Assembly: GCA_038087875.1 (NCBI GenBank)
Contig: CM075978.1
Coordinates: 181,536,001-181,600,000, forward strand
DNA: 64,000 nucleotides
Reading direction: 5' to 3'
From: Malacoraja senta
Taxonomy: Eukaryota
Both the position numbers and the translations under genes were made by a program. Positions 50,763 to 63,355 of this stretch are shown here, in pieces (within the stretch, counting starts at the first letter, position 1; the number at the start of each line of letters is the position of its first letter). The notes beneath the pieces are model-generated. The model saw nothing but the letters and a program-made list of their open reading frames with translations, searched no databases and had not been told where the DNA came from.

Positions 50763-50960
50763 AAGATAGCTACAAAGTGCTGAAGTAACTGAGCAGGTCA
50801 GGCAGCATCTCTGGAGAAAAAGGATGGGTGATGTGTCGGGTTCAGACCCGAAATATTGCCCATCCTTTTTCTCCAGAGATGCCGCCTGACCTGCTCAGTT
50901 ACTCCAGCACTTTGTAGCTATCTTTGGTATAAACCAGTATGTGCAATTCCTTATTTCTTC
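50763..50960. mobile_element. Fold-back Penelope-terminus insertion (79-bp arms, 4-nt loop)
   Basis: Arms 50763-50841 / 50846-50924; TSD AGCAAAAGG(T/C)TCTT 50749-50762 / 50961-50974. Confidence 0.88.
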
Positions 50961-51529
50961 AGCAAAAGGCTCTTGTTTGATTGTGGTGTTTAAACCAGAT
51001 TAGAATTTTTTTTTTTAATTAATTCTCTGTCCTTTACCTAGTTTATTTGGTGGATTGCTTTCAAATTGGACCTTGCCAGAATTTTTTTTTCTTGTAATAA
51101 CCAACAAGATGGCAGCTTGTTATAAAAATTCAACAGATTCACTGCTCTCATCAATGTGTAGCTGCAGTCCACAGTGGATATGAAGAGGCTGATCAAGTAA
51201 CTCTGTTATACCAGTGCAAACTAGGATGGGCAACAAATACCTGGTTTGTCTGCAATTCCCACATCCTTGACTTGAATTCTTTACAATGGAGAGAATTTTT
51301 GAGGCACAAAAGTTCACTTCCATTTGTGTGAAAGTAATTGTAGCTCACATAGGTGTTCGATGACTGTGCTAAAATGTTCAGAAGAAAAATAACTAACCGT
51401 ATATTTTAATGGTTGGGATTTGTTGCAGTCGGATTTATTTCTGTGCCCGCTCATAACACAATCTGTTAAGTGTCTTTTTCTTTTACATGCAAAGAATTGC
51501 TTTAAATCTAATTCCCTCTGCCTTTGCAG

Positions 51530-51615
51530 CACCAGCTAACACTGCGGCAGTGGCGAACCCTATACCAGCACAGGGTATTGAGAATGAGGATTTGCAGTCA
51601 TTACATCAAGAGCAG
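51530..51615 (+). CDS. RFWD3: RFWD3 exon 4: (A)PANTAAVANPIPAQGIENEDLQSLHQEQ
   Basis: ctttgcag|CA..CAG|gtcag, 86 nt, phase 1->0, bridges exon 3 to exon 5. Confidence 0.75.
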
Positions 51616-52909
51616 GTCAGACATTTCTGCTAATTTTGCTGACAGATTTAAAGATGATACCTCTAACTTGTAGGATTAGTGTAAATGAAAGGTTAATGAT
51701 TGGCATGGAATTGGTGGGCTGAATGGGTGCTTTCTGTGCTGTATCGCTCTGAATAACCAATTGGAACGTAAAATCAATGGGGCAAAGAAATGAGATTTCT
51801 TTACGTTAAATAAAATTAAAGTAGACACTGGCCATATTCTACATTGGGTGGGAAAAATACAGGATTGAATAGCCTCCTGTTCCTGTAGATTGAGTTATTT
51901 AGTTGGTCTGCTTGTGATCTGTGACATTGATCTTGATCATATTAATAATTTTTCACTGAAGATAGACACAAAAAGCTGGAGTAAGTGGGACAGGCACCAT
52001 TTCTGGAGAGAAGGATTGAGTGACGTTTCGGGTTGAGACACTTCAGACTAATTAGGGATAAGGGAAACGAGATCTAGACGATGATGTAGAGAGAAAGAAC
52101 AATTAATTGAAGATATGCAAAAAAGTTACGGTGATAAAGGAAACAGGCCATTGTTAGCTGTTTGTTGGGTGTAAACGAGAAGCTGATGGACCTTGGGTGG
52201 GGAGGGATAGATAGAGGGAATGCCGGGGTATCCCTCCCGCACCCAAGTCTCTTTTCATATCCACTTTCCTGAGATATTGTTCATTCCACAGACATATCAG
52301 CATTTGGGTTTACTATTAAGTTTAATTCGCATATATAGTTATTGCAATAACCCTTTGCTAATAGCTAGTTTGACCAGAGGTTTATTACAGTAAATCTTGA
52401 ATTTGCTATCAATGTTTTTTTTATCACAGTCCAATTTTAGAAACAAACCACTTGAATTATGTGCATTTAAGGATGTAGATGTTTATTTAATTTGGTGCAG
52501 ATTAAACTGGATGGCAGAAAAGCAGTTAACAAAATTTCCCTTCTATAGGTCATTCCCACTTACCCTAATACAGGAGTTTATACTTGAGTATCTGCAGTAG
52601 GAATTGCATAACTTGTAAAGATGTTAAAAGTTTTGAATTTATGAATTAGTTGCATTTTATTCCTCACTGCTATATCCCCTGTACTTCTGCCCCTTTCCAT
52701 TAACTCCTTCTTTCAATTTACTTGCAAGCACAAAAACCCCATGCCTCTTCAACCACTCTAGAGTTAGCTGGTTAATATACAGTAAACCTTTGCTATTATG
52801 GATCTCTGTATAACGGATTTTGGTTATAGTAAACTGAGGCATTCATTATTGTTGGTTGTTGGCAGGCGGCGGGTAGAGAGCTGGCAGTAAAACACTCTTG
52901 AAGAGCATT

Positions 52910-53013
52910 CAGGTAGACAAAAATGCTGGAGAAACTCAGCGGGTGAGGCAGCATCTGTGGAGCGAAGGAAATAGGCAATGTTTCGGGTCGAAACCCTTCT
53001 TCAGACTGATTAC
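52910..53013 (-). mobile_element. ~104-bp Penelope-terminus insertion inside a Tigger-like fragment
   Basis: TSD AGAGCATT 52902-52909 / 53014-53021. Confidence 0.8.
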
Positions 53014-53324
53014 AGAGCATTGCATTGGGCACAGGTTTGCAGCGGCTGCCACAAAGTGATGTCCCGAGGTGTTGGATGCAGACGCAAAGTGCGCCATCCC
53101 GATATTGCTTTTCTTCCCAACTAGCCTTGGGTTAAACTAGTTAATATTTATCCTCTTCACTCGCTTATAGTGGACATGGAGGTAGGAGGTTGAAGGATAT
53201 CAATATAGGATTTTTTGCCACTACAAATGGATTTTTTGTACTTTCATGTACCTTACACTTTGGAAATAAAATGGGTCTGTAAAGAGTATTCACCGTGTCT
53301 ATCTCATGTAATATTTTACCCTAG

Positions 53325-53549
53325 GAAAGCCTGGCCTTGCATTCAGAAGTATTAAATGTGAAAAAAGATGACCCAAGTCCACAGGCTACCAGTATGGTCT
53401 CTGATGATGAAGGAGATACTTGCTCCATCTGTTTTGAGCCATGGACGAATGCAGGAGAGCATCGTCTTGCTGCTCTGCGATGTGGCCATCTTTTTGGGTT
53501 TACCTGCATTGATCGATGGCTGAGGGGACAAGGAGGAAAATGTCCACAG
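53325..53549 (+). CDS. RFWD3: RFWD3 exon 5, RING finger [43 protein letters not shown]
   Basis: ccctag|GAA..CAG|gtaat, 225 nt; diagnostic RFWD3 RING sequence. Confidence 0.97.
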
Positions 53550-54379
53550 GTAATTCTGCAGCAAGATATTGGGGATGAAAAGCAAAAATTTGCATCTTAA
53601 GGTTTCCAAGGGAGTACAATGGGATTATGTTCTGATTTTTTTTTTTTTTTTTTTAAACAAAGGAAATAATTTTGTTTGGTGGTTATGTTAGATTCTCAGT
53701 GACTTTCACCTGGATGGTAAAAATGGATCCATGGAGCGTTGGACTTTATGAACTGAGATGCAAAACTGCCTATCTTAGTTTTTGTCTATCTGAAGGAGTG
53801 GCCGTTCATGCAATGAGTTTACTCAAAGAAGATTGTTTGGGATATCAAGATCATTGAGTAACGTGAATAGAGCCAAAAAGAAGAATTGGGGTGAAGGTTC
53901 AACCATAATCCCACTGAATGACAAAACAAGCATAAGGGCCTTGTGATTTCCTCTCCTTTCTGTTCTTAACTATGTTACATCATACTTTGTTAAAATCTTG
54001 ATCTATAGATTTTGAGAGGGAGAGATATGAATGTATGGAGCAATCATTGATAAATGAAATGTAGCCGGAAGGTCTCTTGTGATCATGCCAGATTGGGCCA
54101 CGTCTCCAGCTTAACTGGTGCTCTACTTTATTCAGGGTCTTGCACCTTTTTAAATCAAAATGAGAATGTAATTTGAAGAAAATCAAAATTGGAGTTGCAA
54201 AACTGCCAGATGAATCATAAATTTCACATGGGTTATTGGGAAAGGATATTTAAAGATTGTGAGGGAAGACATTTTTGATTGTTTCCCTGTAAAGCCAAAC
54301 TTGGTTTGCAAAGAAAATTGAGACTAATTTTAATTACTAAACCACAACCATGCTAAAAGACTCTTTTTGGATTTTGCAG

Positions 54380-54471
54380 TGTAATAAGAAAGCTAAGAGA
54401 TCAGATGTGGTGTTACTCTATGCCCGAGTACTGACGGCTGTGGATACCAGTGAACAGGAGCGATTAAAGAG
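54380..54471 (+). CDS. RFWD3: RFWD3 exon 6: [30 protein letters not shown](S)
   Basis: tttgcag|TGT..AG|gtata, 92 nt; completes the RING. Confidence 0.96.
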
Positions 54472-55205
54472 GTATACACCAGTTGTGGGGAAATTTATTT
54501 TTGTTCCAAATGCAGAGACCAAAGGCTGCCTTTCCTCCACACCAGGGCCACCAAGATGCAGTGGGGGGATTGACAAGTGCAGTAATTAAGCAAAATGACC
54601 TAGTGTCTAAATAAAATGCAAATTGAGCCTGGCTGTAATACTTACCCGAGTAGATCAGTATAGAGGCTGAATTCAACTTTTATTGTAACACGGTGAGAAT
54701 TTGATAAAATATGTACACTAAAAAAAAAATGTTAAAAGTACCATACCTACTGGATTGGGTTAAAGGTCCAACCTTTGGCTCGAGCTCCACAGCAGTGTCA
54801 TCAATCCTTAACTGCTCTTTGAAATTCCTCAGTTACCACTCCCTTTTCAGGTACTTGTGTGGTTCAGATACTGTTTATTGCATTTATATTTTTTCCATCT
54901 GTCTGCAGCCCCTATATTTGTATTAGTTATTATGTGTCATCAAAGAGGGCCAAGTGCAAGATGACCTTGAGCAATGATTCCCGCACTTTGGTGAATATTA
55001 ATCAAAATACACTTAAAGAAAATATAATAACAGGACTCCTTAATTTGATCCCTTTTGATAACATATTTCTCTTTTTCTATCTTTCCTTCTGAGAGAAGAA
55101 CTTACCTTGTTATTGTAGGACATTTTGAATGAATGACTGGAATATCACATTTCATCTCCTGAAAGTTGAAGCTTTAAACTCTGCTCCAGGGACTTGTGCA
55201 TGCAA

Positions 55206-55311
55206 CGCACCCCCCAAAAGTCTGAAGAAGGGTTTCGGCCCGAAACGTTGCCTATTTCCTTCGCTCCATAGATGCTGCTGCACCCGCTGAGTTTCTCCAG
55301 CATTTTTGTTT
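55206..55311 (+). mobile_element. 106-bp Penelope-terminus insertion with an intact hammerhead motif
   Basis: Perfect 14-bp TSD ACTTGTGCATGCAA 55192-55205 / 55312-55325; CTGAAGA-A-GGGT TTCG GCCC-GAAAC-GTT. Confidence 0.9.
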
Positions 55312-55551
55312 ACTTGTGCATGCAATCCAGCCAATGTTGAAGGATTTTTTTTTCATGATTCTCTAATTTGCATGAAAGCTGCATTATCCAATTGCAGATA
55401 GATGCAAAAGATCCCCAATATTTGCACTGCTCTTTACGCTTTAGCTAACATTGCCAACTCCGGATAATTTCGTTATTTTCAAATTTGTGGTGATTGGCTA
55501 CTGTATTTTCCACTTTAGTGACACATTTTGAGTAATTCATTGGCTATAAAG

Positions 55552-56594
55552 TAGGTATGTTACAAAACTTACCTTCAGCGGCGCTGCAGTCTGTCACTGC
55601 CCGTGTGCGCGACTTTGGCGCCTTTGAGAGGGGGGCGGGTTTAAAATGATATTTGTGCAGTCTAATCAAATCGATGTCTGTCAGGCTGTTTAGTCGCTAA
55701 AGAAAAATCGCTTTGACTGCCGTTTTATTAAGTTTATTAAAATTAGCGCTTTATAATTTAATTGTTGGAGTAAAATTAAAATCATCTTCAAATGCCGTCA
55801 ACGCCGACAACGGGGACGGATTTCACGTAGGGGACAAGGCAAGGTACACCGTTTATTTTTTCATATAAACTTGCTTCTAAGGATGCCTTTAATAAAAATT
55901 TCAAGTTGCGAAAATGTGATTATGTAAATATACCAACCGGCAGTATTTTTCCTGCCGATATTGGGGTTTAATTCACTGCAACCACAACATTCCAAACCAG
56001 CGCGTTCCAAAAAAATCCACTCGCAAGATGATTTAAATGCCCATTAATTTACAGGAATTATACACAAAATTCCTTCCATTTGGCCTATAAATTCATGACA
56101 ATGAGATTTAAAAATCATGTTATGTTGTGAATTCTTGTGTGACTGTTATTTGGACACTTAGGCTTTTTAAAAATGTTAACCTTTTCTTAAGAAATGGATA
56201 GATGTTTAGATCTAGTAATTGAATTTTGTAATTAGCTTCAATTGGGTAACTAACTAATTATATGCTTTAATTTCAGGTCATCCAAGTAAGATTGTTTCAT
56301 ATTTGTTTCAGAATGCTTCAATCTATAATAACTGAAAATTTCATTCAGTTCCCTTAATTTTTAAGAAAGTTATGGGCTTTTGACCTGTCCTTGATCACAG
56401 CTTTTGTGTTAAGTCAATGGAAAAGCAATAGGGAACAAGATGCTAATTTCCGAGTATGAAAAAAGCCATAACTTTTTTAATACTGAAGATATGAAAGTGA
56501 ATTAGGTGTCAAATTAAACTTCTTTTTATGCTTTTTCTGATGGGATAAATTGCAGACTTGATTTTTAAAATATCAAGATTTTGTAACATTGCTA
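55552..56594 (+). mobile_element. ~1.04-kb non-autonomous TIR DNA transposon, copy 1
   Basis: TIRs TAGGTATGTTACAAAA...TTTTGTAACATTGCTA; imperfect flank duplication TATAA(A)G. Confidence 0.85.
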
Positions 56595-56785
56595 TATAAG
56601 TGCTTTAGGAATCATGAAAGCATAATAAAGTTCACCTGCGCATTCCCAGTCCAAAGTAATGAATTAAAATAGTTTTATTATGAATTTGTCACATTTGCCT
56701 GAACATAAATTAATTTAATCTTTTTGGAATTTCTTAAGAGTGTTAATTTTGTGTTGACTTTTTCCCATTCCCTTTTCCTGGACAG

Positions 56786-56900
56786 TGATTTGGAGAAGGA
56801 GCAAATGTTGCGCCGTAAGGCAGAGCTGGAATCTGCACAGTGTCGTCTCCAACTGCAGTTCTTGACAGATGAGTGTTCTAAGTTGCGTAAACAGCTGCAG
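56786..56900 (+). CDS. RFWD3: RFWD3 exon 7, coiled coil [38 protein letters not shown]
   Basis: gacag|T..CAG|gtaag, 115 nt, phase 2->0; matches the RFWD3 coiled coil. Confidence 0.96.
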
Positions 56901-56934
56901 GTAAGACTGTTTCAAATCCTCTGTTTAAAAAAAA

Positions 56935-58070
56935 AAAGGTCCTTCGATTTTCCAAAAGGCCTTTGATAAGATGATGCACGTCAGGCTACTAAATACCATG
57001 AGACCTCATGGTATTGGAGGGAAGATACTAGCATGGATAGAAGATTGGCTGAATGGCAGAAGGCAAAAAGTGAAAATAAAGGGGTCTTTTTCTGGTCGGC
57101 TGCCAGTGACTAGTGATGTCCCACAGGTGCTTTTCGCGTTGTATATTAATAATTTGGATGATGGAATTGATGGCTTTGTGGCCAGGTTTGTGAATGATAT
57201 GAAGATAGGTGGGGGGGCAGGTAGTGTTGAAGCAGGGAGCCTGCAGGTGGACTTGGACAGGTTGGGAGAATGGGCAGAGAAGTAGCAGATGGAATGCAGC
57301 GTAGCAAAGTATGCAGTCATATACTTTGGCAGTAAGAATAAAGGCGTAGACTCTACTAAATGGGAGATTATTCAGAAATCGGAGGAACAAGGGGACTTGG
57401 GAGTGCAGGTGCAGGATTCCTAAGGGGTTAATTTGCTGGCTGAATCAGTAGTAAGGAAGGCAAATACAATGCTAGCATTCATTTTATGAGGACTAGAATA
57501 TAAAAGCAAGGATGTAATGCTGAGGCTTTATAAGGCACTAGTCAGGTCACATCTGGAATATTGTGAGCACTTTTATGGTCCATTTCTGAGGAGGGATGTG
57601 CTAGTGTTTGGGAGGGTCCAGAGGTGGTTTGCGAGAATGATCCAGAGGATGAGCGTTCACAGTTCTGGGCCTGCACTCGCTGGAGTTTGGAAGGATGAAG
57701 TGGGATCTCATTGAAATTTCCAAATAATGTAAGGCCCAGATAGAGTGGATGTGGAGAGGATGCCTTCAACTAGTGGGAGAATCTGGGACCAGAGGGCACA
57801 GCCTCAGCACAGTTCCTTTAGAAAGCCAATGAGGAGGAATTTCTAGTCAGAGGGCTAGAATCTGATGAACCCGTTGCCACAGGTGGCTGTGGAGACCAAG
57901 TCTTTGGATATTGTTAAAGCAGAGATTAACAGGTTTTTGATTAGTAGTGGTGTCAATTACGGGGCTAAGGCAGGTGAATGGGGTTGAGAGGGAACGATAC
58001 ATCCGCCATGATTAAATGGTGGAGAAGACTCGATGGGCCAAATGGCCTAATTCTGCTTCTATGACATATC
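56935..58070 (+). mobile_element. Degraded CR1 RT/3' fragment
   Basis: HGIGGKILAWIEDWL, YKALVRSHLEYC; CR1 3' UTR. Confidence 0.88.
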
Positions 58071-58692
58071 AACTCATTGGCAAATGAGTTTATAGAGTCT
58101 CTAAAATTTCTGCAATATGGTGATTCTAGTTAATATTGTGCAGATCCAGATTAAAATCAGGGAGCTGATTGGTAAGAGGAGGTATGATTGTGATTTAATC
58201 ATGTGAGAGAGGAGTTGGTGCAATTGAGAACATGGATTGTGGATTACTTCCTGTAAGGTACTTTACTGTACATACCGATGGCTCCTTTGTGTGTAAATAT
58301 TTACACTGAAAGTGAGCTATGATTATGCACACAGCAAATCTGCTTGTGTATAGCAAATGAACCTGCCATTGTCCAACTGGTAAGAGGCTATTCTACTTGC
58401 TAGTTATCATCTGATCTCTGTATTGATTTAGTTGAGTGCTGAGGCTCTGTTATGTAATACTGGCACATGGTGTAGTCCCTGCCATCAGATGGACATGAAC
58501 AACGAGGGACGCCAGCTGCATGAGAATAACTCAAAATAAATTGCTGTACTTTACACAGTAGTATTTTATACATGAACCTTTAAATTGCTGGAAGTCATTT
58601 TCTTACTTTTTGTAGGATCACTCACTTCTCAATGATTTGCCATGTCCAGTAATAGCATTTAAAACATCTTATTCAAACACAATGGGTATATG

Positions 58693-59732
58693 TAGCAATG
58701 TTACAAAATTTTGAGATTTTAAAAATAAAGTCTGCAATTTATCCCATCAGATAAAGCATAAAAAGAAGTTTAATTTGACACTTAATTCACTTTCATATCT
58801 TCAGTATTAAAAAAGTTATGGCCATTATCATACTCAGAAATTAGCATCTAGTTCCCTATTGCTTTTCCATTGACTTAACACAAAAGCTGTGATCGAGGAC
58901 AGTTAAAAGCCCATAACTTTCTTAAATATTATGGTAACTGAAAGAAATTTTCAGGTATTATAGATTGAAGCATTCTGAAACAAATATGAAACAATCTTAC
59001 TTCGAAGACATGAAAGTAAAGCATATAATTAGTTAGTTACCTAATTGTAGCTAATTACAAAATCCAATTACTAGATCTAAACATCTATCAATTTCTTAAG
59101 AATAGATTAACATTTTTAAATAGCCTAAGTGTCCAAATAACATTCACACAATAATTCACAATATAACATAATTTTTAAATCTAATTTTCATGAATTTACA
59201 GGCCAAATGGAAGGAATTGAATGTTTAATACCTGTAAATTAATGGGCATTTAATTCATCTTGCGAGTGAGGATTACTGGAACGCGATCTTTTGGAACGTT
59301 CATTTGCGGTGAATTTAACCCCGTATTGGCATGAAAAATACTGCCGTTAATTCGGGGAATAAAATCACCGTGTCGCATGAAAAATTGTGAATTAAAGGCT
59401 TCTTAAGAAGCACTTTTATACATTTAAAGAAAGCACTTTCGTTTACCTGTCCATTGTGTGAAATCCGTCCCCGTTATCGGCGTTGACGCTTCAGGAGCTG
59501 CTTTTAAAATGACTGTAGCGCTGACATTGACGATTTAATAAAAATAAAAAATTCACAAATCGCCACTAGGAACGATTTTGTCAGCCAACACTTGTACTCC
59601 AACAAAATATTCCCAGGACAAGGTAGGAGAAACCGCGTTTTAACCCCGCCCCCCCTTAAAGGCGCCAAAATCACGCACACGGCCAGTGGCAGAATTACAG
59701 CGCGACTGAAGGTACGTTTTGTAACATACCTA
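58693..59732 (-). mobile_element. ~1.04-kb non-autonomous TIR DNA transposon, copy 2 (inverted relative to copy 1)
   Basis: Colinear reverse complement of 55552-56594; 7-bp TSD GTATATG 58686-58692 / 59733-59739. Confidence 0.88.
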
Positions 59733-60782
59733 GTATATGGCATCAGAGCAAAGCATTAAAATATCTGCCGACCCTAGCAAAAAACTGAATATATCATAAC
59801 TAACAAAACAAATAAATGAATTGCCACTAAAGGACTGAAGACTGAACATGATTAGTAGCGGCTTAGTAGACAAAATATTCACACAACTTTCACACAAAAC
59901 ATCCTTCTGAAAAAACAGGCTTCCTTATCTACATAGTGATTAGGATGTGTCAAGCCCCCTTGTACTGTGTACTGTGTCCCAGATTCTTATCGGTTGCTAC
60001 CTTTAGTTCACAAGTTACTCTTTGCCATAAACTTGTTCTCAAACAGGTAATGATCTTTTTTTAAACTAACCCCCATCAGTTCTCTGCAAGCCCTTACACC
60101 TGTTAAACAATTGGTTTACGGTGCAATTCAGTACTAAATACAAATAATGTAAAAAAAACTTGCGATTACATGGTGCCAAATCTTCAAAGAGTAAGCTGAT
60201 GCTAATTAGCCTACAACTGAACTGCCCTTGTCTATAAACATAAATTAAAATTATTTTCATGCTTATTTTGGATAATACTTGAATTAAAATTCACAGAGTT
60301 TATTTTCATAAGAACAAAACCTTGTGTAGTCTCCGTATTGACTGGTGTATGTGCAAGAATCTCTGGGCACAAACATCAAAGTCATTTATTGTGCATCCCT
60401 TTTCCCCCTTGAAACTGAGCTGTCGCCTTAAATTGTAGTAGCCTTTCTGATCATATTTTCAGAGTATAGTTGGGTGAAAGATTTGAGGACTTAGAACCAG
60501 TGATGTATTTCCAAGTTCAGATGGCTTGGAGGGGAATCTTTAGGTAATTGTGTTCTCATGAACCAGCTGCCATTGTCTTTCTTGGAAGTAGGAATTGTGG
60601 GTTTGAGAGATGTTGTCGATGTAAGTAACTTAACGTGCATTTTGTTTATGGTACTCACTGCTGAAGCCAATGTTTGCTGGGCTGTTATGTGCTGATGCTG
60701 AAAAGATTGACTGTTTAAGGTTATTAATGGCATGATTATAGAGTGCATTGGTTTCTCCTGGATTTCTGCCCTCTACTTCCCT

Positions 60783-61845
60783 TAAGTCAAGTCGTCACAT
60801 TTATTTATATAGCACATTTAAAAAACAACTCTCGTTGGCCAAAGTGCTTTACATTTGTTATAAGAATAGTATAAACAAACAAACTACATACATATATACA
60901 TATAGCCCTCAGAGGACGTCAAGAAAAGCTTGGGAGTATAGTTACGTTTTTAGTCTTGACTTAAAGGAGTCGATGGAGGGGGCAGTTCTGATGGGAAGGG
61001 GGATGCTGTTCCACAGTCTAGGAGCTGCAACCGCAAAGGCGCGGTCGCCCCTGAGCTTATGCCTAGACCGCGGGATATTCAGCAACCCCAAGTCAGCCGA
61101 TCTGAGGGACCTGGAGCTGGAGTGGTGGGTAAGAAGATTTTTGATGGGCAAGCCCATTGAGGGCTTTGTAGACATAGAGGAGGATCTTGAAATGTATACG
61201 GAACCGCACAGGGAGCCAGTGGAGAGAGGCCAGGATCGGGGTGGTGTGGTCCCTTTTTCGGGTGCCCGTCAGGAGTCTCGCTGCGGCGTTTTGGACCAGT
61301 TGCAGGCGGGACAGAGAAGATTGGCTGATGCCAGTGTAATGGGAGTTGCAGTAATCTAGGCGGGAGGAGATAAATGTGTGGATGATCTTTTCGAGGTCAT
61401 CAAAGTGGAGGAATTGTTTTATTTTAGCTATCGTCCGAAGCTGAAAGAAGCTTTTACCACGGCATTGACTTGTTTGTCAAATTTCATTGAGTCCGAGGGG
61501 CCGAGAAGGATGACCTCAGACTTACTCTCGTTTAGTTGGAGGAAGTTTTAGGCCATCCAACACTTTATATCCTCGAGGCAGTGGGTAAGGTTAAGCAGAT
61601 TTGATTGGTTTTGGGGATTCAGGGGGAGATAGAGTTGTGTATTGTCTGGGTAGCAATGGAAGGAAATACCGTGCCTTTCAATGACTTGGCCTAAGGGGAG
61701 CATATACAGGGAGAAGAGAATGGGGCCAAGGATGGAACCTTGTGGAACCCCACTGCAGAGATTAGCTGGGGAGGAGAAAGAGTTGCCTATGTTAGTCGAG
61801 AAACATCTACCTTTGAGGTAGGAGATGAACCAGCTTAAGAGTATT
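60783..61845 (-). mobile_element. L2-clade LINE 3' fragment
   Basis: GVPQGSILGPILFSLYM; GDRAFAVAAPRLWNSIP..FKSRLKT; short GACTT-repeat tail. Confidence 0.9.
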
Positions 61846-62312
61846 GATGCATTCTTCGTGGCCAGAGAAGAGTATGCCATCACATTCCTGATTTGTGCCG
61901 GTACAGGGAAAGGCCTTGCAGCATCATGATGCAAGTTACTTGCTGTGGCCTCTGACCTGCTCTTCTAGCCACATATTTACATGGCTCGTCAGTTGAGTTT
62001 CTGGTCATGCAAGCACATGCTGCTTCATTTAGTGAAGAGTTGGAAATGGAATTGAAAATTACGCAATGTTCGGCAAACAGCACTTCTGACCTTTATGGAA
62101 AGAAGGTCATAAAAGCAGCTGAAAATGGTCGGGCTAAGGACACTATTCTGAAGAACTCCTTCAGTGATAGCCGGGGGATAGGATAATTTGGCACCAAACC
62201 TAAAGCATCTTCCTTTTGGGTGAGGTGTGACTTCAACCATTGAATTGTATTCCCTTTGCCTGTTGACGTCTGTTTTACAAGGCTGTCTCAAAGCCATACT
62301 TGATAAACTGCT

Positions 62313-63355
62313 GGTACACAAAAATGCTGGAGAAACTCAGCGGGTGCAGCAGCATCTATGGAGCGAAGGAAATAGGTAACGTTTCGGGCCGAAACCCTTC
62401 TTCAGACTGATAGGGGGTGGGGAGAAGAAAGGAAAAAAGGAAAAGGAGGAGGAGGAGCCCGAGGGCTGGGGGAGGGGAGGAGACAACCAGATGGCTGATG
62501 AAGGGGAGGGGACAGCCAGGGCTAGCAGAATTGGGAGAATTCAACGTTCAGGCCACCAGGATGTAGACTGCCCAAGCGGAATATGAGGTGCATTTCCTCC
62601 AATTTACGGTGTTGCTCGCTGTGGCCATGGAGGAGACCCAGGACAGAGAGGTCAGATACGGAATGGGAGGGGGAGTTGAAGTGCTGAGCCACCGGGAGTT
62701 CAGGTTGGTTATTGCGGACCGACCGGAGGTGTTCGGCGAAACGATCGCCAAGCCTCCGCTTGGTCTCACCGATGTAGATCAGCTGGCATCTAGAGCAGCG
62801 AATGCAATAGATGAGGTTGGAGGAGATGCAGGTGAACCTCTGTCGCACCTGGAACGACTGCTTGGGTCCTGGAATGGAGTGGAGGGGGGAAGTGAAGGGA
62901 CAAGTGTTGCATCTCTTGCGGTTGCAAGGGAAAGTACCAGGGGAGGGGGTGGTATGGGAGGGAAGGGAAGAATTGACAAGGGAGTTACGGAGGGAGCGGT
63001 CTTTGCGGAAGGCAGACATAGGGGGAGATGGGAAGATGTGGCGAGTGGTGGGGTCACGTTGGAGGTGGCGAAACTGACGGAGGATCACTTGTTGTATGTG
63101 ACGGCTGGTGGGGTGAAAGGTGAGGACTAGGGGGACTCTGCCTTTGTTGTGAGTGGGGGGATGGGGAGAGAGAGCAGTGTTGCGGGGTATGGCAGAGACC
63201 CTGGTGCGAGCCTCATCTATGGTGGAGGAGGGGAACCCCCGTTCCCTGAAGAATGAGGACATTTCAGATGCCCTGGTGTGGAACGCCTCATCCTGGGAGC
63301 AGATGCGGCGTAGACGGAGGAATTGGGAGTGGGGGATGGAGTCCTTACAGGAAGG
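62313..63355 (-). mobile_element. Young 5'-truncated Penelope-like element with open GIY-YIG frame and hammerhead terminus
   Basis: Uninterrupted frame from the truncation point to the stop at 62522; 14-bp TSD CTTGATAAACTGCT 62299-62312 / 63356-63369; near-identical to 4637-5832. Confidence 0.95.
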
